IMG/VR virus record: IMGVR_UViG_3300037755_000578
Location: 1-38,432 of that record
From: a virus
Direction: 5' to 3' (one strand)
DNA length: 38,432 nt
Below, one piece after another: positions 6,958-13,131 of the stretch (position 1 is its first letter; every line of letters begins with the position of its first letter). The notes below the pieces were generated by a model, which was not told the DNA's origin, ran no database searches, and saw nothing but the letters and a program-made list of their open reading frames with translations. A program made the position numbers and the translations under genes.

Positions 6958-8178
6958 TCACCACAGCCCGGACGGAGTAGGACGGCCACGACGGTACGGG
7001 CGCCAGCTGGGTACGAATGGGGGTGGTGGTGGTACACTGAGCGTGGCCAAGCTCGTTGCGCTCTGCGCCTGGAACGCGGCCACGATGGTGCGGTTGACCG
7101 TGAGGTCGAGCGTCGCCAGGCTCGAGGCGGACTGCGCAGTGAACGCGGCGGCAGCGGCTCGCCCGCGGGATAGGGTTGCGCTCGAGCTGGCCGCCTGCGC
7201 CGTGAACGCGGCATCCGCGCTCTTGTTGCCCACGATGGTGAGCTGCGCCAGGGAGCTGGCCGCCTGCGCCGTGAAGGCCGCCGTCAGGTTCCGGGTGCGC
7301 AGGAGCGTTGCCAGGCTGGTGGCGGCCTGGGCGACGAAGGCAGCGGCCACGGCGCGGCCCCTGGACAGGGTCGCCAGGCTCGTTGCCGCCTGGGCCGTGA
7401 ACGCTGCCGAGGCCTGCCGCGCGCGGGCCAGGGTGGCCAGGCTGGTGGCGCTCTGAGCCGTGAACGTCGCGTCAGCGGTGAGGATCGCCGCGGTGATCGG
7501 GTTGACGACGACGACCGCCATGGATCGGCGGTCAGTCGTGCTCGCGAATGTCCACGTCGCGTTGTTGGCGCCGGCCGTCAGCCCTGCGAGCTTGTGCCCC
7601 GCGGATAGCCGCGACCCGCCCACGCCCGCGTTCGTGTCAATGCTGGTGGTCGAGCTTCCGGGCGCCGTCAGCTGGAGCGTGCCGCCGGTGTTGTTGCGGT
7701 AGGCGACCGAGGCCAGAAACGCGCCCGTGTCGCCTGCGGTGATCGACGTGGTGAGCGTGGTTCCGCTCGCTCCGCCGTTGTTCGATCCGTTGGCGCCGCC
7801 GGTCGCGAGCTGGTCCTGGCGGACGCCGTCAACGAGCCAGTACGCGACGACAGCGCCGCCCGTGGTCGCGGTCCACGTGACCGTGATGTTGTGCGAGCCG
7901 GGGGCAGGCATGCCGCCCTCGAATTGCTCGAAAAAGATGGTGCGGCACGCTGACTGCTGGTTGTTCGTGGCCCCCGGAACGGCGAGCCCGAGCGCAACCA
8001 GCTCCTGCCCGTTGAACGTGACCGTCGCCGGGGCGGCGTTCCCCGTGAAGTCCTCGAGCGTGATGCCGACCAGAAGCTTCCGGTTGCCGGCCCCAGCCGA
8101 CACCGTAACGCCAACCGTGGTGGTCGCGCTTGTGGCTACAGCGCCGCTGTTGCCGCTGTCGAGAAGACTGATCGCCAC
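6958..8178 (-). CDS. Fibre/receptor-binding-like protein (406 aa): beta-rich N-terminal domain, seven 21-aa repeats, and a poly-Pro basic tail
   Basis: Track ORF with GTG start at 8178 and GAGAGG upstream. Residues 237-381 are repeats of AAFTAQAATSLATLSRGRAxx. The C-terminus reads SVPPPPPFVPSWRPYRRGRPTPSGLW. Confidence 0.75.
   Translation of the reverse strand: MAISLLDSGNSGAVATSATTTVGVTVSAGAGNRKLLVGITLEDFTGNAAPATVTFNGQELVALGLAVPGATNNQQSACRTIFFEQFEGGMPAPGSHNITVTWTATTGGAVVAYWLVDGVRQDQLATGGANGSNNGGASGTTLTTSITAGDTGAFLASVAYRNNTGGTLQLTAPGSSTTSIDTNAGVGGSRLSAGHKLAGLTAGANNATWTFASTTDRRSMAVVVVNPITAAILTADATFTAQSATSLATLARARQASAAFTAQAATSLATLSRGRAVAAAFVAQAATSLATLLRTRNLTAAFTAQAASSLAQLTIVGNKSADAAFTAQAASSSATLSRGRAAAAAFTAQSASSLATLDLTVNRTIVAAFQAQSATSLATLSVPPPPPFVPSWRPYRRGRPTPSGLW
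7036..7470. repeat. About seven imperfect 63-bp tandem repeats (coding)
   Basis: The plus-strand unit ..gccaggctNgtNgcNgcctgNgccgtgaacgc.. recurs every 63-72 bp. It encodes the 21-aa repeats of the 406-aa protein. Confidence 0.85.
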
Positions 8179-8189
8179 GGCTCAGCCTC

Positions 8190-8561
8190 TCAGGCTGGCG
8201 CCGTCCAGGTCGGGTTGTTCGTCAGGGTCACCGTGTCGCCGGACGCGATGCTGAGCGAGCTGATCTGCACCTCGCCCGAGCCCACGCCAGCCGCGCCGCG
8301 GAACGCTTCGGTCCCCGCGGCGTTGTTCACGCGCCCATAGGATGCCGTGCCGGTCGCTACGGCCACGACGTTGGCGCCCGATGCCGCAGCCGTGATGGTG
8401 CCGCTCGAGCTGGCCCCGAAGTCCACGCCCAGCGGGATGTTTGCCAGGAGCACGTTCGCCGCGTCGTGAATGGCCAGGAACGGGGTTGCCCCCGAGTTTG
8501 CGATCGTGCGGACCGCCTCGGCCATCGCGTCGCGGGTTGCGGTCGGATGGGTCGTCGCCAT
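8190..8561 (-). CDS. Small Ala/Gly/Thr-rich virion-module protein (123 aa)
   Basis: Track ORF MATTHPTATRDAMAEAVRTIANSG... A TAATG overlap joins it to the upstream gene. Confidence 0.65.
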   Translation of the reverse strand: MATTHPTATRDAMAEAVRTIANSGATPFLAIHDAANVLLANIPLGVDFGASSSGTITAAASGANVVAVATGTASYGRVNNAAGTEAFRGAAGVGSGEVQISSLSIASGDTVTLTNNPTWTAPA

Positions 8562-8944
8562 TACGCCCCACCCTGACCGGGCTTGCGGGCCGCGTCAAGC
8601 TGCGCAGCCTTATAGGCACGGAACGTGACAGGGGTACACTCGGGACAGCACGGGAGCGGCTCGCCCTCGCGGCTGCACTCGGACGCGTGCACAAGCTCGT
8701 GCGGCTGCGGCTCCTGGACGACCATTGGAAGCTCGGTCCAGCCGCCGCCAAGCGCCTTGCCCATCCACGCCGGGAGCTCCCTGTGTGGCTCGCACCGGAA
8801 CTCGCGCGCCCGCGCGTCGACCCAGACGACCCAGCGCGGGGGGTGCGCCAGGTAGTCGCCCGGGTTCGGCCAGCAGGAGCCGAGCGGGTGATCCGCCCTG
8901 CCGGCCTCCCCACATGGGCACTCGTGCCCCTGCCCCGAGATCAC
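8561..8944 (-). CDS. Cys-rich protein with an HExxH motif (127 aa); possible mini zinc metallopeptidase or zinc finger
   Basis: Track ORF MISGQGHECPCGEAGRADHPLGSCW...PQPHELVHASECSREGEPLPCCPEC... with GC-rich third positions. The overlapping 243-aa Arg-rich frame is rejected. Confidence 0.6.
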   Translation of the reverse strand: MISGQGHECPCGEAGRADHPLGSCWPNPGDYLAHPPRWVVWVDARAREFRCEPHRELPAWMGKALGGGWTELPMVVQEPQPHELVHASECSREGEPLPCCPECTPVTFRAYKAAQLDAARKPGQGGA

Positions 8945-9117
8945 AGCCGCTGCCTGGCCAGGATCTCGATCCTGTCCGCCAGCTCGCGAGCGCGGCGGGC
9001 CTTCAAGGCGGCGTCCATGTCGTCGTCGTCCCGCCAGAGCCGCACCAGTTGGACGATGGTGCGCCGCAGCTCGGGGCCGAAGGTGAACGCGGCCGCGATG
9101 AATGACGCCCAGCTCAT
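8941..9117 (-). CDS. Small protein with a hydrophobic N-terminus (58 aa)
   Basis: Internal ATG at 9117 of track ORF 8941..9195 (MSWASFIAAAFTFGPELRRTIVQLVRLWRDDDD...). It forms an ATGA overlap with the upstream stop. Confidence 0.5.
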   Translation of the reverse strand: MSWASFIAAAFTFGPELRRTIVQLVRLWRDDDDMDAALKARRARELADRIEILARQRL

Positions 9118-9320
9118 GGGCAGGCCTCTTGGTCTTTCCGGAGCGTGTCGATCAGCTCCGCAGCGTGGGCGCATTCGGTGAATCGACCGGGGCATAGCCG
9201 GTCCGTGTCGGCCTGGAACTTGACCTTGGCTTCAGCCCAGCAGCGTTCACGCTCGGGCGGGTGCGTGAGCTGCGTTGCGCCGCAAGCGACCGTGAGCCAG
9301 GTGACGAGTAGTGCTCTCAT
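9114..9320 (-). CDS. Secreted or lipoprotein-like Cys-rich protein (68 aa)
   Basis: Track ORF MRALLVTWLTVACGATQLTHPPERERCW... has a signal-peptide-like N-terminus ending VAC-G and five further Cys. ATGA overlaps occur at both ends. Confidence 0.6.
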   Translation of the reverse strand: MRALLVTWLTVACGATQLTHPPERERCWAEAKVKFQADTDRLCPGRFTECAHAAELIDTLRKDQEACP

Positions 9321-9697
9321 CGCCCCTCGTATAGGCCCGCTTCACGCGCGGCGGCAACAGCTCGTTTGTAGGCGGCCCGGAGCTTGTCGTGCTCTGCCGG
9401 GTCGTGGGTTTGCATCAGCGCCTGTTTGGTGCTCCGGAGCGCGCTGAGAATTTCCCTCTGGTTGGGCACCCGGGGCGGAGGCGGCGCGTTCATGCGTGCC
9501 GCCAGCTCCAGCGCGTTGGGGTCCGCGTGCGTGTCCCGCATCGCTGCGGCCTGATCCGGGGTCAGCGAGACGTTGAGCGCCTGCGGGTCCACGATGGTGC
9601 GCCCGCCGATGTCCTCGGAGCGGGCCACGTCGGGCAGCTCGGCCTCATCGGCAGCCTTGAAGCTGCTATGGCTCGGGGGTCTGATCTTTTCTTTCAT
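9317..9697 (-). CDS. Hypothetical protein (126 aa)
   Basis: Internal ATG at 9697 (MKEKIRPPSHSSFKAADEAELPDV...) is preceded by GGAGACGAGC. The upstream part of track ORF 9317..9814 is Arg/Ser-rich junk. Confidence 0.6.
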   Translation of the reverse strand: MKEKIRPPSHSSFKAADEAELPDVARSEDIGGRTIVDPQALNVSLTPDQAAAMRDTHADPNALELAARMNAPPPPRVPNQREILSALRSTKQALMQTHDPAEHDKLRAAYKRAVAAAREAGLYEGR

Positions 9698-9887
9698 GCT
9701 CGTCTCCAAACGCTGTCTTGATTGGTCGCCCTGCGTACTGCCGCAAAAGCCTATCACGTGTCGCGTTCCCGAACGCCAGGATCGCGTCGCCGACCTCGAC
9801 CGGTGCGCCCACATGCACCGACCCGATCAGCCTGTAGTAAGAGCTCCCGCCGAAGCGGACGGCGCCGGTTCTCATCTTAAAGGTCAT
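9666..9887 (-). CDS. Hypothetical protein (73 aa)
   Basis: MTFKMRTGAVRFGGSSYYRLIGSVHVGAPVEVGD... Start taken at ATG 9887, where third-position G/C bias begins. Upstream codons of track ORF 9666..9956 have T-rich third positions. Confidence 0.5.
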   Translation of the reverse strand: MTFKMRTGAVRFGGSSYYRLIGSVHVGAPVEVGDAILAFGNATRDRLLRQYAGRPIKTAFGDEHERKDQTPEP

Positions 9888-9997
9888 CGCTTGCCCCGCT
9901 TCCATGCCAGCGCCAGGAACACCAGCGAGCACAGGATGCAACACACCCCAAACCACTGTGAGTCAGCCAGGAGCGTGTCGCACTGCACTTGGTTCAT
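9884..9997 (-). CDS. 37-aa Cys-rich single-pass membrane peptide (below the ORF-track length cutoff)
   Basis: Hand translation: ATG 9997 MNQVQCDTLLADSQWFGVCCILCSLVFLALAWKRGKR, ending at TGA 9884-9886. Third positions are GC-rich. It forms an ATGA overlap with the next gene and starts 5 nt after the previous stop. Confidence 0.5.
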   Translation of the reverse strand: MNQVQCDTLLADSQWFGVCCILCSLVFLALAWKRGKR

Positions 9998-10002
9998 GCG
10001 TC

Positions 10003-10197
10003 CTACTTCTCGCTTACCTTCTGGATCGCGTGGGCCTGCTCGTTGAGCCGGCCGTCGACCAGCGCAGTCAGAAACCGGATCGCGCGCTCTTTGCTGACAG
10101 CGTCGACCAGCGCAGTCAGAAACTGGTCGCTTTGGTTCGGCAGGTCCAGCGCGTCCACCACGCTGTGCGGCTGGCCCAGGATGCGAAGCTTGCTCAT
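10003..10197 (-). CDS. Hypothetical protein (64 aa) with an internal FLTALVD duplication
   Basis: Internal ATG at 10197 (MSKLRILGQPHSVVDALDLPNQSDQFLTALVDAVSKERAIRFLTALVDGRL...). It forms an ATGA overlap with the upstream stop. Confidence 0.55.
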   Translation of the reverse strand: MSKLRILGQPHSVVDALDLPNQSDQFLTALVDAVSKERAIRFLTALVDGRLNEQAHAIQKVSEK

Positions 10198-10880
10198 CGT
10201 GCGTTCTCCTCGCACACGATTGCCTTGTTGCATGTCATCATGCACTCGTGGAGCTTGCGAAGCGCTGCGGTCCGGTCGGCCCCGTTGCGCACGTTGGCGA
10301 AGATAACGCGGACAAGCGCCTTGTGGCCGTCCCGCGTGGCTGCGATGCGCTCGACCTGCTCATCGCTCGGCTTGTGATAGGTGAAGCTGTCGAGGGTCCT
10401 CCTCTCCAGCGCGGCGTCGGCCCAGCCGACCCCGCGCGCCGCGTTCACTGTGTGCCACACGCAGTAGGTGGCCGTGCATCGGCTGTCGTGCTGCGGGTGG
10501 TCGGCATCGAATCGCGTCGCGTCGTGCTGCGGTGTATCATCGTTCATTGGGGGGGGCTCCTCGACTGTTGGCTCGTTATCCTCTGCGTACGGTGGCAGCT
10601 GCACCGTTTCCGCGTCTCGTAGCGCCTTCTCTTCGAATGCGCGCCGCTCTCGTTCTATCAGCTCGTGCGCGACCTTCAGGGTTGCCGGGCTGCACACGAT
10701 GGCGAGGTAAAAGGCGCACTTGCCCGTTCGCGTGTCCTCGCCCAGCTCGATCCGGATGTACTGCTCGTCACGGATGGTGCGCTCTGGCATCGCTGACACT
10801 CGCACGCCCCGGTTCGGGTAGGCCTTGCGGCAGTACGCTGCAAGCTTGGGGATGGCCGTGTCCGGGTTCGCGCCCCTCAT
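10194..10880 (-). CDS. Two-domain protein (228 aa); the C-terminal ~60 aa resemble the phage YH.P...Q helical-hairpin module (Acb2/Tad1-type hairpin, tentative)
   Basis: ATG at 10880 (MRGANPDTAIPKLAAYCRKAYPNRG...). The C-terminus reads FTYHKPSDEQVERIAATRDGHKALVRVIFANVRNGADRTAALRKLHECMMTCNKAIV. A Pro/acidic linker is encoded over a C8 run. Confidence 0.6.
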   Translation of the reverse strand: MRGANPDTAIPKLAAYCRKAYPNRGVRVSAMPERTIRDEQYIRIELGEDTRTGKCAFYLAIVCSPATLKVAHELIERERRAFEEKALRDAETVQLPPYAEDNEPTVEEPPPMNDDTPQHDATRFDADHPQHDSRCTATYCVWHTVNAARGVGWADAALERRTLDSFTYHKPSDEQVERIAATRDGHKALVRVIFANVRNGADRTAALRKLHECMMTCNKAIVCEENAR

Positions 10881-11362
10881 CACTTCAGCCCCCGGCGCGC
10901 CAGCTCCGCGCGGCAAGCGGGCAGCGCGTAGTTACCATCCTCGTTTGCGCGGTCACTTTTCTCCAGTGCCCAGCGCGGGATTGCCGCCATCGCATCGAGC
11001 ACGGCCTGGTCGGCCGCGGCGGGCTTACCGACCCGGTCGTCCACATCCCAGCCTTGGCCGGGCGCCGTGGCGGGCTGCTCGTGTGAGCGCTCCCAGACCC
11101 GCGCCGGGCAGCGAGGCGACTCACATTCTGGCTCGCACGTGTATGGGTTCTTTGGCGCCGTGGCGGGCTGCTCGGCTAGGTGGGCGAGCGTGTCATCCCA
11201 CAGCAGTCGGTTGGCGGTCTGTCCGTCACTCTTCCAGCCCGCCAGCAGCGCGTTCGCGTCGGCGAGGCGGGACTCCAGTGTGGACTCGCGAGCAATCCCG
11301 CGCTGCTCATCCTCCGACCATAACGCCTTCAACCGCTCCACCTTCTCGCTCTCGTCCATCAC
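10880..11362 (-). CDS. Hypothetical protein (160 aa) with a duplicated EQPATAP motif
   Basis: Track ORF MMDESEKVERLKALWSEDEQRGIARE... A 21-bp direct repeat lies inside the gene. Confidence 0.6.
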   Translation of the reverse strand: MMDESEKVERLKALWSEDEQRGIARESTLESRLADANALLAGWKSDGQTANRLLWDDTLAHLAEQPATAPKNPYTCEPECESPRCPARVWERSHEQPATAPGQGWDVDDRVGKPAAADQAVLDAMAAIPRWALEKSDRANEDGNYALPACRAELARRGLK

Positions 11363-11667
11363 GCGAGCACAGCCCGCTGGTAGGTAGCCAGCGCGTTGCG
11401 GATCATGTGCTTGGCCTTGCGCAGGTCGTCAAGCACGTACTCGCGCCGGCCTCCTACGGTCAGCGTCAGGGCGGCCCATGCCGTTCCCGTGAGCCTCCGT
11501 GCTCCAGCTGGGGCAGGGAGCGGCTTGCAGCGCCAGACGCCGTTGGCTGGCTTCGGGTCGAGCAGTAGAGCGTTCGCGATGACGCCATCGAGGTCGAGCC
11601 ACGCCATGGTGAGCTCGATTCGGTGGGCCATGTGTCGGACCGTCGTGTCGTCGATGTGTGGGGCCAT
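11359..11667 (-). CDS. Hypothetical protein (102 aa)
   Basis: Track ORF MAPHIDDTTVRHMAHRIELTMAWLDLDG... It forms an ATGA overlap with the downstream gene. Confidence 0.6.
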   Translation of the reverse strand: MAPHIDDTTVRHMAHRIELTMAWLDLDGVIANALLLDPKPANGVWRCKPLPAPAGARRLTGTAWAALTLTVGGRREYVLDDLRKAKHMIRNALATYQRAVLA

Positions 11668-11770
11668 GGGGGTGACTCGCTTGCAGATAGGGTGAGGGAC
11701 GGCGCTTCTCAGCCGGGCGAGCCCGGGATGCTCTGACGTGCTTGACGCCGCCCCTCTGTTTTGGGTGTTC

Positions 11771-12046
11771 TTAGCAGGCGCCGAAGATTGTCAGCGCGTC
11801 CTCCGTCACGGGGTTGTAACCGTTCACGCGGCAAGCGTCGGCCGTCGCGAGCGGGCCCAGCTTGGCCGCGTTCAGCGTGATCGCGATGCTGTTGTGACGG
11901 TTCGTGTGCGCGGTCGTGAACCCCGCCCCGACAGCGATGTTCATGGCCGCCCCGATGCCGTGTGCCATCGCGCGATCCGCGTCCGAGCCGCCGCCGGCGT
12001 GGAGAAATCCAGCATCCCCGCCGAGGTGGTACAGGAAATGCAACAC
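11771..12046 (-). CDS. 3' segment (frame B) of the frameshifted secreted-protein gene, or a separate 91-aa ORF
   Basis: Track ORF (V)LHFLYHLGGDAGFLHAGGGSDADRAMAHGIGAAMNIAVGAGF...TIFGAC has strong GC3 bias. A frame-B stop (tga) lies only 5 codons upstream of the GTG at 12046. Confidence 0.5.
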   Translation of the reverse strand: MLHFLYHLGGDAGFLHAGGGSDADRAMAHGIGAAMNIAVGAGFTTAHTNRHNSIAITLNAAKLGPLATADACRVNGYNPVTEDALTIFGAC

Positions 12047-12557
12047 CGTGGGTGCTCTCGGTCAGCGGCGCGCCGATGGTAGGCAGCGCTTGCACGTACG
12101 GCAGAATGCTGCTCGTGCTCGCGGCCCCGCTTACGGCAGCCTGCTGGATGGTGACCGTTGCCCTGCTGTCGTCGATGCGCCCGAAAGCCCAGTCCGGGAA
12201 TTGGTTGTTCAGCGCTATCACCTTGCTGTCGAGCAGCTGCGTGCACAGCGTCTGGTTGTCGCCCCAGCCGAGGCATCGGAAGCTGACAATGCGCGTCGCT
12301 GGTGGGTACGCGCATTGCTGCGTGCTCGGCGAGCCCGTTGCCGTTCCGCAGGCCCGCGCCTGGTTGGTGATGGCGAATCCGAAGCCGTTCTTGGACCCGA
12401 TCTCTTGCTCGACCTGGCCCAGCTCCATGGCTTCGATGTCCTCGGTCTCCATGGGCGCGCCGCAGCCCCACGCGGCAGCGAGCCCTACAGCTGCTGCCAC
12501 CAGCAGCACAGAATACATGAACGACTCGAACGCGGCTCTGACTCTCGACTGCGTCAT
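12047..12557 (-). CDS. Secreted/lipoprotein-like Cys-containing protein, 5' segment (frame A) of an apparently +1-frameshifted gene
   Basis: ATG at 12557 with AGGAG 9 nt upstream (MTQSRVRAAFESFMYSVLLVAAAVGLAAAWGCGAPMETEDIEAM...PLTESTHG). Beyond about 12045 this frame loses GC3 bias and becomes Arg-rich with no stop until 11709. Confidence 0.55.
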
Positions 12558-12763
12558 TGCTTTTGACTCCTGTTGTGTTGGGAACGGGCGCCGGAGCGTT
12601 GTTGACTCGGGTTCGCTCCGGCGCCGACCTCTGGTGTGGCAGCGAGCCGCCGCGCTGTCCAGTTTTTTCTGCACACGTTTGCCCATTGTGCGAAAAGCCT
12701 GGGCTTTCGTTGCAGCTCGATAAACGCCAGCTCGGCGGGCGACAGCGGGTCGTTGGCGCTCAT
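12554..12763 (-). CDS. Hypothetical protein (69 aa)
   Basis: Track ORF MSANDPLSPAELAFIELQRKPRLFAQWANVCRKNW... It forms an ATGA overlap with the downstream gene. Confidence 0.5.
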   Translation of the reverse strand: MSANDPLSPAELAFIELQRKPRLFAQWANVCRKNWTARRLAATPEVGAGANPSQQRSGARSQHNRSQKQ

Positions 12764-12873
12764 GGTCTGTCAGGCGCACGGCTCCTCGACCTCGTGCTTG
12801 CGTTGATCGCGCCCGCAGTCCTCGCATGGGTCCTCGGCCGTGTCCGGGTCGAGCGGGTAGCGGCGCGGGCAGC

Positions 12874-13131
12874 TCAGCCCGCCTTGCGGATCGGGCGCTC
12901 CAGCTCTGCCCAGGTCAGCGTCGCGTGGTTCGGGTGGTGGATGCGTTGCGGGTGTCCTCCGGTTCGGTGCGTGTGATGGCAGCCGCCCGAGCACTGGCAC
13001 GGGCGCTGGTTGGGTTTGACGAGCCGCATCCGCCGGCACAGGGGGCGAGAGGGGCGGCAGTCCTTGCGGTGGCAGCTCGAGCAGACGCGGAAGCCTGGCG
13101 GGCCCTGCCGGCGAGCGGGGCGGAGCTTCAT
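12874..13131 (-). CDS. Cys/His-rich small protein (85 aa), putative zinc-binding
   Basis: Last 85 codons of track ORF 12874..13896, starting at ATG 13131 (ATGA overlap with the DUF3987-like stop). Sequence: MKLRPARRQGPPGFRVCSSCHRKDCRPSRPLCRRMRLVKPNQRPCQCSGGCHHTHRTGGHPQRIHHPNH... Third positions are GC-rich. Confidence 0.45.
   Translation of the reverse strand: MKLRPARRQGPPGFRVCSSCHRKDCRPSRPLCRRMRLVKPNQRPCQCSGGCHHTHRTGGHPQRIHHPNHATLTWAELERPIRKAG

Noticed and set aside
7036-7470. The idea that the 63-bp repeats are a diversity-generating retroelement target/template pair or a CRISPR-like array
   Set aside because: No reverse transcriptase gene is visible anywhere in the genome. The repeats are contiguous, in frame and without unique spacers. 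Differences among copies are not adenine-specific as far as I can see.
8182-8913. 243-aa Arg-rich minus ORF, together with 8610..8921 and 8441..9181 (+)
   Set aside because: They overlap two well-behaved coupled genes (8190..8561 and 8561..8944) and show extreme Arg/Gly/Ser/Pro composition. They are off-frame artefacts.
11709-12827. 372-aa minus ORF taken at face value
   Set aside because: It is a chimera. The first ~90 codons are Arg-rich read-through of the upstream gene region. The real start is ATG 12557 behind an AGGAG. The last ~110 codons have lost GC3 bias (see the frameshift finding).
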